This document shows positions 1 to 10,669 of a stretch of DNA of 64,000 nucleotides, piece by piece. The notes below the pieces were generated by a model. The model had not been told where the DNA came from, ran no database searches, and saw only the letters and a program-made list of their open reading frames with translations. Origin of the DNA: the human T2T-CHM13v2.0 reference genome, Homo sapiens. The position numbers were made by a program, and so were the translations under genes. Every line of letters begins with the position of its first letter. The stretch's first letter is position 1. The DNA lies in NCBI RefSeq assembly GCF_009914755.1, contig NC_060931.1; one strand, given 5' to 3'.

Positions 1-2190
1 AGAATAAGTGTGATGTGGTGCTGAGAAGAATGTATATATTCTGTTGATCTGGGGTGGAAAGTTCTCTAAATATCTATTAGATCCACTTGGTCCAGAGCTG
101 AGTTCATGTCCTGAATATCCTTGCTAATTTTCTGTCTCATTAATCTAATATTGACAGTGGGGTGTTAAAGTCTCCCACTATTATTATGTGGGAGTCTGAG
201 TCTCTTTGTAGGTCTCTAAGAACTTTCTTTATGAATCTGGATGCTCTGGTATTGAGTGCATATATATTTAGGATAGCACTTCTTGTTGTATTGATCCCTT
301 TACCATTATGTAATGCTCTTCTTTATCTTTTTTGACCTTTGTTGGTTTAAAGTCTGTTTTATCAGAGACTAGGATTGCAACTCTTGCTATTTTTTTGCTT
401 TCCATTTGCTTGGTAAATATTCTTCCATCCCTTTATTTTAAGCCGATATGTGTCTTTGCAGTGAGATGGGTCTCCTGAAAACAGCACACTCGTGGGTCTT
501 GACTCTATCCAATTTGCCAGTCTGTGTCTTTTAATTGGAGCATTTAGCCCATTTACATTTAAGGTTAATATTGCTATGTGTGAATTTGATCCTGTCATTA
601 TATTAGCTGGTTATTTTTCCCATTAGTTGGTACAGTTTCTTCATAATGTTGATGGTCTTTACAATTTGGTATGTTTTTACAGTGGCTGGTACCCGTTGTT
701 CCTTTCCATGTTTAGTGCTTCCTTCAGGAGCTTTTGTAAGGCAGGCCTGGTGGTAACAAAGTCTCTCAGCATTTGCTTGTCTGTAAATAATTTTATTTCT
801 CCTTCACTTATGAAGCTTAGCTTGGGTGGATATGAAATTCTGGGTTGAAAGGTTTCTGCCAAGAGATCCGCTGTTAGTCTGATGGGCTTCCCTTTGTGGG
901 TAACCCGACCATTCTCTCTGGCTGCCTTAACATTTTTTCCTTCATTTCAACCTTGGCGAATCTGATGATTTTGTGTCTTGGGGTTGCTCTTCTCAAGGAA
1001 TATCTTTGTGGTGTTCTCTGTATTTCCTGAGTTTGAATGTTGGCCTGCCTTGCTAGGTTGGTGAAGTTCTTCTGGATTATATCTTGAAGATTGTTTTCCA
1101 ACTTGGTTCCATTCTCCCCATCACTTTCAGGTACACCAATCAAACATAGATTTGGTCTTTTCATGTAGTTCTATATTTCTTGGAGGCTTTGTCCATTTCT
1201 TTTCACTCTTTTTCCTCTAATCTTGTCTTCTCACTTTATTTCATTGGGTTGATCTTCAATCTCTGTTATCCTTTCTTCTTCTTGATCGATTCAGCTATTG
1301 ATACTTGTGTATGCTTCATGAAGTTCTTGTGCTGTGTTTTTCAGCTCCATCACGTCATTTCTGTTCTTCTCTAAACTGGTTATTCTAGTTAGCAATTCAT
1401 CTAACCTTTTTTCAAGGTTCTTAGCTTCCTTGCATTGGGTTAGAACATACTCCTTTAGCTTGGAGGAGTTTGTTGGGCTCCACCAAGTTTGAACTTCCAG
1501 GCAGCTTTGTTTACACTGTGAGAGAAAAGCTGCCTACTCAAGCCTCAGTAATGGCTGACACCCCTCCCTCCTCCCAAGCTCAAGCATCCCAGGTCAACTT
1601 CAGACTGCTGTGCTGGCAGCAAGAATTTCAAGCCAGTGGATCTTAGCTTGCTGGGCTCCATGGGGGTGAAATCCACTGAGTTAGACTACTTGGCTTCCTG
1701 GCTTCAGCCCCCTTTCTAGGGGAGTGAACAGTTCTGTCTTGTTGGCATTCTAGGTGCCACTGAAGTATGAAAAAAAAACTTCTGCAGCTAGCTCAGTGTC
1801 TGCCCAAACAGCCACCCAGTTTTGTGCTTGAATCCCAGGCCCCTGGTGGAGTAGGCACCCAAGGGAATCTCCCGGTATGTGGGTTGTGAAGACCGTAAGG
1901 AAAGTGCAATATCTGGGCCAGAGTGCACCGTTCCTCATGGCACAGTCCCTCACGGCTTGCCTTGGCTAGGGGAGGGAATTCCCTGATCCCTTGTGCTTCC
2001 CGGGTGAGGCAATGCCCCACCCTGCTTCGGCTCACCCTCTGTGGTCTGCACCCCCTGTCTAACCAGTCCCAATGAGATGAGCCAGGTACCTCAGTTGGAA
2101 ATGCAGAAATCACCCACCTTCTGTGTTGATCTCGCTGGGAACTGCAGAGCAGAGCTGTTCCTATTTGTTCATCTTGCCAGTCCCCCACCC
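1..2190 (-). mobile_element. LINE-1 (older primate L1PA, L1PA7/8-like): 5' UTR, ORF1 remnant and start of ORF2; decayed, internally deleted, runs off the window's left edge
   Basis: Minus-strand ORFs give the ORF2 N-terminus (MTGSNSHIAILTLNVNGLNAPIKRHRLANWI, 598 down) and ORF1 pieces (KRPNLCLIGVPESDGENGTKLEN; FQPRISYPPKLSFISEGEIKLFTDKQMLRDFVTTRPAL). An L1 5'-end-like sequence (CTGGCAAGATG..AATAGGAACAGCTC on the minus strand) lies at ~2150-2185. Frames are disrupted. Confidence 0.95.
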
Positions 2191-3027
2191 CAAAGATGTT
2201 ATTTTAAGAAATATTTGTACCCACACTTTAGAAACCATAAATTGACTTCCCTGTTACCTTCGGCCAGGAGATTTCAGGTTAAAGCAAGAAACGAACAAGA
2301 AGAAAACGATTTGATCAGACTGTAATTTTAACAGATGCATAACATTATTTCCCTCATACACAAACAAATCATCTAGAAGGGAGAACAGAAATGTTGACTT
2401 ACAGAAGCACAAGTCTTACTTATTCTCCTAAAATGTCTGCACTGAAATGATTGCAAACTCAGCACCCCACATCTTAGCCAATCAGAGAGGCCTCTTTAAA
2501 CACATGAGGCATAAGGTTTTAATTTACAAGGACCCATCTCTATTTCTTTCCCAGGGCCTCGAAGAAGGACTACATTCTAAATCTAATATAAATGCCTGTA
2601 TGTTCTACAAAAGTTTTCCCAGATAGTGTACACCATTTCCAATTGCACAATGACAATGACAACAGAACTAATTAAAACAGAGTCATGAGGTACTTTTTAT
2701 ATGCACTTTTTTTTTTGGCGAAACTGATGTTTAAGTAATGTATTTAGCAAAGTCTCCTATTATAGTTTAATCTTTTAATTACAAGAAAATTTGGGTTAAT
2801 TATTATCCTACCTTGATGAAAATTCAGTGATGGTGATTTTTCCCCTTTCATACTTCTTATCTTTTTTTTTTAAATAAAAAATGTGTTTTGTGAGATTTGT
2901 GTACAAGTAATCCATGATTCATATTTAGAACTACTGAGCCACCCCTTTATATTAAATCTTTGAGTCTTGCCATGTTTAAAATGTAAATTATAACAAATTA
3001 TGGCTGACTCTCAAATAATAAGTTAGT

Positions 3028-3067
3028 TCAGGATCTTAATATCAATCAGGATCTTAATATCAATCAG
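3028..3067. repeat. Perfect 18-bp tandem duplication
   Basis: TCAGGATCTTAATATCAA x2 followed by TCAG. Confidence 0.95.
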
Positions 3068-3679
3068 CTGTAAGTACTCTATAAGATAAAAGTCAAGGTA
3101 ATCACACTGAAAATCTCTTTTGATAAGTGGTTTTACAGAAAGATAGATAAATAAATATATATATATATTTTTAAAGAGAGTCTACAAATTGAGCCTCTGT
3201 GTGTGAATGAATTCAATAACTATTTTACCAATGTCGAGAGCAGATTTGTATGAGAAAGAAAGAAAAAACAAAGAAAGAAAAGACATTCATTTTTAGAATT
3301 GTTGCAGAAGAATACAGATGTTATGGAAAATAAGAAATAGCTTATGTAGTAATTTCTGGGTTGGAAATTCAAGAAGAAATGAAATAGAGAACTATGCTGA
3401 AAGCTTTAGTAGAGTTATACCTAATGTGTCTCTACAAAGACAATATAATAGACCCCTAGGTGGTGCCACCCAGAAAGAAGGGAATAGTATGGTCTGAGTT
3501 TTCTCTACCACCATCAGCTCCCTAAGCAATCAACTTCCCTTCACTAGGAATTCAAGAAGAGTCAGGAACTCAAAGCATAGCAGGCCAAGTTCTCACTTTC
3601 TACAACTGACATTCAAAAGTAATATAGGGTGAGAGTCCAACCTTATAAAATAAAAATTCAAAATATAGTAGGTCTAATT

Positions 3680-4021
3680 CAGCATTTTTCAAGTTGAATC
3701 TCACAGAGCATTAATGTCAAGCAAAATATTGATGCAGTGTAATATATATCTGTGTCTATGTATGTGTGTATGTATATACATGTGTGTATTCCAAGTGTGT
3801 GTATGTATATGTATATTCCAAATGTGGGAAATACTAAATAAGAAAAAAGTTTAAAAGGGTTCTTAAGCTCAGCAATTCTCAGAGATTATATTAGGCTAAT
3901 GTGAATCTCCAATAAGGACACAGAATATGGCCTTTTTCCAAACTTATTTGAACAAATTTATTTCACAGAATGCCTTTGGAGAAGATATTGTATTTCACAG
4001 AACACAGTTTGGAAAATGCTG
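3680..4021. mobile_element. Non-autonomous hAT (Charlie-type) DNA transposon, subfamily unresolved
   Basis: TIRs CAGCATTTTTCAA / TTGGAAAATGCTG (12/13 match). Flanking 8-mers GTCTAATT (3672-3679) and GTCTAACT (4022-4029) match 7/8, the TSD size typical of hAT elements. Confidence 0.7.
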
Positions 4022-4184
4022 GTCTAACTCATTAGTGAATCCCAGCATTTAAGCCCCTAGCATATATATCCTGGTATAGAAAACTATGTTAAATACCGAG
4101 CAATCATCTGGTGTGCTCCCAGAAACCACATTTTCTTCTACAATTTTTTCAGTGGACATGATCACATAATGTTACTAACTGGAA

Positions 4185-4670
4185 GTCCATGGACCTTGGT
4201 CAGACACAAGCCCCACTCTGGCACTTACTGGCTATGGGATCTTGTACAAATTACTTAATTGTTTTGAGCCTTCAATTCTTCATCAATCAAAAGGAGATAA
4301 CATAGGGAGGCTGAGTGGGAGGACAGCCTGAGCCCAGGAGTTTGAGACCAGCCTGGGCAACACAGCAAAACCCTGTCTCCACAAAAAATTAAAAAATTAG
4401 ATGGGCATGATGGTGCATACCTGTAGTCCCAGCTACTAGTGAAGCTAAAGTGGGAAGACTGCTCAAGCCCAGGAGTTTGAGGCTGCAGCGAACTATGATC
4501 CTATGATCATGCCAGCTTGGGAGACAGAATGGGACCCTGTCTCTAAAAAAAAAGAAAAAGAAAAAAAAAGGGATAAGATAATTAGTACCTTCCTCAAAGT
4601 TTAAGCAACACAACGTATGGATACATCGTGCAAAATAACACCAAGTATACACAGTAGGTGTTCAAAAATA
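4185..4670 (+). mobile_element. MIR fragment interrupted by an Alu
   Basis: MIR-core-like CACTTACTGGCTATGGGATCTTGTACAAATTACTTAA..GAGCCTTCAATTCTTCATC before the Alu; MIR-tail-like ACAGTAGGTGTTCAAAAATA after it. Confidence 0.6.
4304..4570 (+). mobile_element. 5'-truncated AluJ-like SINE
   Basis: GGGAGGCTGAG..GAGCCCAGGAGTTTGAGACCAGCCTGGGCAACA, A-rich linker, right arm and polyA tail. Confidence 0.9.
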
Positions 4671-7600
4671 TAGTCTTAACCTGTGTTAATCTCTATTCTT
4701 CAACAAAGACAATTCAAGTCAGCCACTCACAAGCCAGCAAAAAAGCAACTCACCTAAAAGCTTAAGATCCTTCAGGTTGGGTTGCACATGGAGCGTTCAC
4801 CTAACTGCCTGTGTGTCTGTGTACACTCAACTATATGTAATTGGAACTGGATCTCCATCCCTGCTAATTATCCACATTCAACCTGACATAAGCAGTCTGG
4901 AGAAACTTCAGAAGATTTGGGAAAGGCCTGATAAAACAAGATCTTTGATATGAGAAAACTTGACTGAGTCTGATGCTTGACAAAGCAGTATCAAGGAAGA
5001 ATTGGGTTATGTTTATAGTTTTGACCTAACTGAAATATTTTTATTACCAAGTTCATAATAGTTCATACTTACTTAGTAATTTTGATCTGTGGATCTCAAA
5101 CTTTTCCACATCTTGAGAAAATATTACATTTTATATTCTGTTAAAATACACTGCTCATATTTGTCTTCTAATATTTTGTTACCCATTGCCTTCATTACCT
5201 CCCCCAACAGACCTCCTTTCATGACCCTGGTTATTACTGACTAAAACTCGGAATTGTTTCTGATTTTAGTACCTTCCTCTGTATTACATAGTTTTGATAA
5301 ATTAAATATTGTATTTGTATAATAAATGAAAATCAAGTTTGTTGGTTTTTTTTAACTTTGAAAGACAACTCTCAGAAAATGATTTTTTAAAAATGTTATA
5401 AGGTCTTTTATTTACACATTCTATTGAGGGAGAACTTCCACAGAAAACTAACTTTTAAAAAAAGATAAAAAGAACTATAGCTACTTAAAATAACATACAA
5501 GGATTAAAATAAGCTTCTAATGAAATTCAAGCCAAATAGGGCCATTTAAAGTGAGGCACATCCCTTAATATTTCTGGATCCAATATTCTTAATTGTAGAT
5601 TGCAGAAAATTAACTCATTTCTCGATGACATTTTTGGTTGCTTCCAGTTTCATAATCTGGTAAGAATGACATTTTTTCTCTCTCTCTCTCTAACTCTAGC
5701 TGTACTTCTGAGCCTCCTCGTAGTAAACTTCACTGTCAGGTGAAACATAAAACAAGTTCAAGAATTTCAGTAGAACAACTTTTGAAGCAAGAGAGTGTCT
5801 TCTACTCTGAGAAACAGAACTGAGTGCTCTGCCATATCTCTGTGCCCCAACCCCTTAGGGGAGAAGGAGAAGGATTTGGAGTGATGGTAGGGATGGATGG
5901 ATGTTTAACACGTGATGCTTCTTGGTAATTAACACATCAGAATAAATTCACTTTTCACTCAGCCTAGTCAGCTCGAATGACTTGAGAGAATAGAACACAG
6001 GACAGGTTAAATCTTTCCAAGACAGGAGTGATAGGAGAGAGATGGCTTGATAAAGTTCCTAAACATGGGATACTATCAGCAGAGGAATGAGCATCAGAGT
6101 GGAAAGGCTAGAGAAAAAGTGTCCCTGGGAGCCTGGGGGCCAGGATGCTAGAGTGAAAATGAACACTTATTGAACGGTTCAAAGGACTTCAGAGAGCTGT
6201 GCTTCCCAACCTCCTTTTCAATATCAAAATGTGTCATAAATTACAGTCAACACACGTACACATGCTCACATAATTGTGCATTTAGTACCTGTTGCTTTAA
6301 AAAAATGCTAGCAATCAGAAATACTTTAAAGCAAAAATGCATTTTATGAAGGTACTGCTTATATAAACATTTGAAAAACAATAACATATGTATCTGAGAC
6401 AAACAGATGTCATTTTGCTTTAGCAGGTAAAGATATGACTGCACCTTCTTTATAGACACCAACATGCTGGGTAGTGAAATTCTCAGAGACTTGTTAGCAT
6501 GTAGTACAAGTAACACCCATCTAAGTAGTAACCTTTATGTGTAGATGAATGTTAAAGCTTCCTAATGACAGCCTGCCTCAGGTGCCCTCTTTCAGTCACC
6601 CTGGAATCACTCCCTGCTTATGTGGGGAAAGTGACCTTCAATAGTTTTCTATTTTCTGTATAATTTGGCCCAAACGTTTTAGTCTGGATTAAAACCTTTT
6701 CTCCTGCCTCCCCTCAAAGTGCCTCAGCTACACTCACCTCTCTGGCCCCCTTCAGCAATTCAAGTGAATTTGAGCTTTAATCTTTTGCACCTTGCACCTA
6801 CCTCTCCGTCAGAACCCCATTTCATCTGAGCTGGTTGCTTTCTATGTGCCTTTTTGGCTTTGGGATGGACACTGTAACAAGTGATTTGCATTTCTGTGCC
6901 TCACTGTACTATGCCCCTCTCTAAGGCTGGCACAGGTCTCCTTCATTTTATACTCTACGACCTAAGAGTGCTTATAGCACAATGGGTGGTTGGTATCTAT
7001 TAAACAAATGAATGTGTAAATGAATGATAGAAAGTAATTGGTGAAAAGTACGCTGAGATAGAGTCTGATCACAGGCAAAAAAAAAAAAAAAATGGAAGAA
7101 TTAATAGTCCAATGGCACTTTTCTTATAAAACTGAATTACATAGTCAAACCATCATTTAAAATAATCTTACAAGGAAAACAACATTAATGTGCGTCTGTT
7201 GAGACGGATTATGCTGTTTTGGAATTAGGAAGAGAATGTGCAGTTCGCTGTTTGCTTTCAGACTGTTTGTTTGTTTTGTTTATTAAACTGGCGTCTCCAG
7301 CTCTGCAGCCCAGCCTGTGGAACCTAAATGGCCCAGGTCCCAGGAGTTCCCATCGGAGCCGTGGGCGTCCCCAGGGTTTAGAAAGGCTACCCAGGGGCCC
7401 AAGCTGCCGGCGAGTGCAGCTCCCGCCGGCGCCACCTCTGCGGTCTGGAGCGGCGAGGACGATCCCAGAGAGGCGCCCCCACTGCCTCGGTCGTCGGGTT
7501 CTTAAGTTTTTCTCTCCAAAAATTTAATGGATAGTTTTCTTTTGCTTCTGTTTCTGACTTGATTAAAGAGGCGGAAAAAAAGGAGTTTGACTCCAAGAAG

Positions 7601-8331
7601 AATGATAGTAGCAGAAGGCGCATCTGGCTTTACTTTCCAAATTCCATCAAAGTTTGTGTTTTGTTTCATTTGACAGCGATCCCGTGAACGTCTCCTCTGG
7701 GGAAATGGCGCGACCAAAGCCCGCCAAGCCCAGCCTGCGAACTGGAGGATTTATTAATGTAATATGTTAAACAAAACCTCGACAGACACAAACTCAAAGG
7801 AAACCGTGCGCTCCTTAAGTCAAAGGCATCTGTTCTGGAAGCAGAACCCGGTTTGCTGTTGGTAACCAGCGTTAAGAGCAGGATTTTTAAACATGATAAT
7901 GGATAAAATAAAAGAAAAGCGAAGTCCCGCGGTCCTCTGACTCCTATTCATTATCTCCAGCAGCATATGGGACCATTCTCCTACGTATCCTCGCCTTTTT
8001 CTTCTGAAAAAGCAAAAGCAACCAAGCCTGTCCCGCTTCAGAGCAATCCTACTCTTTGTGCCTGAGTAGTGCCACCACCACTACTTCCTCCTCCTCCCGC
8101 CTCCTCCTACCCCGCCCTCCTGCCGCTGGCTTTCGCTCTGGCGAGGAGGCGGCCGGCTCCCTTTGCGCCGGGAAGCCGGAGCCGCGATTGGGCGACGGTC
8201 CCTGAGCCTCCAGTTCTGCGTCGGTTTCAAGGCTCCTCCCTCCTGGTGAAAGACAGACTACGGGGCGCCTGGAAACCGGTCCGAGGGCGCGCGAGGCAGA
8301 GGAGAGGGAGCGAGTTGAGGGATTGACACAA

Positions 8332-8433
8332 ATGGTCAGGCGGCGGCGGCGGAGAAGGAGGCGGAGGCGCAGGGGGGAGCCGAGCCCGCTGGGCTGCGGA
8401 GAGTTGCGCTCTCTACGGGGCCGCGGCCACTAG
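8332..8433 (+). other. uORF1 in the FZD1 5' leader, 33 aa: MVRRRRRRRRRRRRGEPSPLGCGELRSLRGRGH*
   Basis: Translated by hand from ATG 8332 (cacaaATGg) to TAG 8431-8433. The ORF is certain; its translation is unproven. Confidence 0.6.
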
Positions 8434-8535
8434 CGCGGCGCCGCCAGCCGGGAGCCAGCGAGCCGAGGGCCAGGAAGGCGGGACACGACCCCGGCGCGCC
8501 CGAGCCACCCGGGTTCTCCCCGCCGCCCGCGCTTC

Positions 8536-8733
8536 ATGAATCGCAAGTTTCCGCGGCGGCGGCGGCTGCGGTACGCAGAACAGGAGCCGGGGGAGCGGGC
8601 CGAAAGCGGCTTGGGCTCGACGGAGGGCACCGGCGCAGAGGTCTCCCTGGCCGCAGGGGGAGCCGCCGCCGGCCGTGCCCCTGGCAGCCCCAGCGGAGCG
8701 GCGCCAAGAGAGGAGCCGAGAAAGTATGGCTGA
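8536..8733 (+). other. uORF2, 65 aa, overlapping the FZD1 start out of frame ([13 protein letters not shown]...)
   Basis: ATG 8536 in a weak context (ttcATGa). Its TGA at 8731-8733 falls inside FZD1 codons 2-3. Confidence 0.6.
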
Positions 8734-10669
8734 GGAGGAGGCGCCTAAGAAGTCCCGGGCCGCCGGCGGTGGCGCGAGCTGGGAACTTTGTGCCGGGGCG
8801 CTCTCGGCCCGGCTGGCGGAGGAGGGCAGCGGGGACGCCGGTGGCCGCCGCCGCCCGCCAGTTGACCCCCGGCGATTGGCGCGCCAGCTGCTGCTGCTGC
8901 TTTGGCTGCTGGAGGCTCCGCTGCTGCTGGGGGTCCGGGCCCAGGCGGCGGGCCAGGGGCCAGGCCAGGGGCCCGGGCCGGGGCAGCAACCGCCGCCGCC
9001 GCCTCAGCAGCAACAGAGCGGGCAGCAGTACAACGGCGAGCGGGGCATCTCCGTCCCGGACCACGGCTATTGCCAGCCCATCTCCATCCCGCTGTGCACG
9101 GACATCGCGTACAACCAGACCATCATGCCCAACCTGCTGGGCCACACGAACCAGGAGGACGCGGGCCTGGAGGTGCACCAGTTCTACCCTCTAGTGAAAG
9201 TGCAGTGTTCCGCTGAGCTCAAGTTCTTCCTGTGCTCCATGTACGCGCCCGTGTGCACCGTGCTAGAGCAGGCGCTGCCGCCCTGCCGCTCCCTGTGCGA
9301 GCGCGCGCGCCAGGGCTGCGAGGCGCTCATGAACAAGTTCGGCTTCCAGTGGCCAGACACGCTCAAGTGTGAGAAGTTCCCGGTGCACGGCGCCGGCGAG
9401 CTGTGCGTGGGCCAGAACACGTCCGACAAGGGCACCCCGACGCCCTCGCTGCTTCCAGAGTTCTGGACCAGCAACCCTCAGCACGGCGGCGGAGGGCACC
9501 GTGGCGGCTTCCCGGGGGGCGCCGGCGCGTCGGAGCGAGGCAAGTTCTCCTGCCCGCGCGCCCTCAAGGTGCCCTCCTACCTCAACTACCACTTCCTGGG
9601 GGAGAAGGACTGCGGCGCACCTTGTGAGCCGACCAAGGTGTATGGGCTCATGTACTTCGGGCCCGAGGAGCTGCGCTTCTCGCGCACCTGGATTGGCATT
9701 TGGTCAGTGCTGTGCTGCGCCTCCACGCTCTTCACGGTGCTTACGTACCTGGTGGACATGCGGCGCTTCAGCTACCCGGAGCGGCCCATCATCTTCTTGT
9801 CCGGCTGTTACACGGCCGTGGCCGTGGCCTACATCGCCGGCTTCCTCCTGGAAGACCGAGTGGTGTGTAATGACAAGTTCGCCGAGGACGGGGCACGCAC
9901 TGTGGCGCAGGGCACCAAGAAGGAGGGCTGCACCATCCTCTTCATGATGCTCTACTTCTTCAGCATGGCCAGCTCCATCTGGTGGGTGATCCTGTCGCTC
10001 ACCTGGTTCCTGGCGGCTGGCATGAAGTGGGGCCACGAGGCCATCGAAGCCAACTCACAGTATTTTCACCTGGCCGCCTGGGCTGTGCCGGCCATCAAGA
10101 CCATCACCATCCTGGCGCTGGGCCAGGTGGACGGCGATGTGCTGAGCGGAGTGTGCTTCGTGGGGCTTAACAACGTGGACGCGCTGCGTGGCTTCGTGCT
10201 GGCGCCCCTCTTCGTGTACCTGTTTATCGGCACGTCCTTTCTGCTGGCCGGCTTTGTGTCGCTCTTCCGCATCCGCACCATCATGAAGCACGATGGCACC
10301 AAGACCGAGAAGCTGGAGAAGCTCATGGTGCGCATTGGCGTCTTCAGCGTGCTGTACACTGTGCCAGCCACCATCGTCATCGCCTGCTACTTCTACGAGC
10401 AGGCCTTCCGGGACCAGTGGGAACGCAGCTGGGTGGCCCAGAGCTGCAAGAGCTACGCTATCCCCTGCCCTCACCTCCAGGCGGGCGGAGGCGCCCCGCC
10501 GCACCCGCCCATGAGCCCGGACTTCACGGTCTTCATGATTAAGTACCTTATGACGCTGATCGTGGGCATCACGTCGGGCTTCTGGATCTGGTCCGGCAAG
10601 ACCCTCAACTCCTGGAGGAAGTTCTACACGAGGCTCACCAACAGCAAACAAGGGGAGACTACAGTCTGA
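8726..10669 (+). CDS. FZD1: Frizzled class receptor 1, 647 aa, intronless Wnt receptor
   Basis: ATG 8726 in a strong Kozak context (aagtATGG), starting [15 protein letters not shown]. Leu-rich signal segment, cysteine-rich domain ([25 protein letters not shown]..), seven hydrophobic TM segments, KTxxxW motif (KTLNSW) and C-terminal PDZ ligand ETTV. Confidence 0.99.
   Translation: MAEEEAPKKSRAAGGGASWELCAGALSARLAEEGSGDAGGRRRPPVDPRRLARQLLLLLWLLEAPLLLGVRAQAAGQGPGQGPGPGQQPPPPPQQQQSGQQYNGERGISVPDHGYCQPISIPLCTDIAYNQTIMPNLLGHTNQEDAGLEVHQFYPLVKVQCSAELKFFLCSMYAPVCTVLEQALPPCRSLCERARQGCEALMNKFGFQWPDTLKCEKFPVHGAGELCVGQNTSDKGTPTPSLLPEFWTSNPQHGGGGHRGGFPGGAGASERGKFSCPRALKVPSYLNYHFLGEKDCGAPCEPTKVYGLMYFGPEELRFSRTWIGIWSVLCCASTLFTVLTYLVDMRRFSYPERPIIFLSGCYTAVAVAYIAGFLLEDRVVCNDKFAEDGARTVAQGTKKEGCTILFMMLYFFSMASSIWWVILSLTWFLAAGMKWGHEAIEANSQYFHLAAWAVPAIKTITILALGQVDGDVLSGVCFVGLNNVDALRGFVLAPLFVYLFIGTSFLLAGFVSLFRIRTIMKHDGTKTEKLEKLMVRIGVFSVLYTVPATIVIACYFYEQAFRDQWERSWVAQSCKSYAIPCPHLQAGGGAPPHPPMSPDFTVFMIKYLMTLIVGITSGFWIWSGKTLNSWRKFYTRLTNSKQGETTV

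Noticed and set aside
362-2188. L1 ORF1/ORF2 as functional genes
   Set aside because: Frameshifts, premature stops and deletion of the ORF1 start.
8490-8640. Possible variant alleles in the FZD1 5' leader relative to the mRNA as I remember it (near 8502 and 8632)
   Set aside because: Based on memory only and needs alignment to a reference; the recalled alternatives would not create or remove an ATG or a stop in the uORF or FZD1 frames.
8675-8725. 664-aa FZD1 starting at 8675 as in the ORF track
   Set aside because: 8675 is a GTG called under bacterial-style start rules. The ATG at 8726 has a strong Kozak context and gives the known 647-aa protein.
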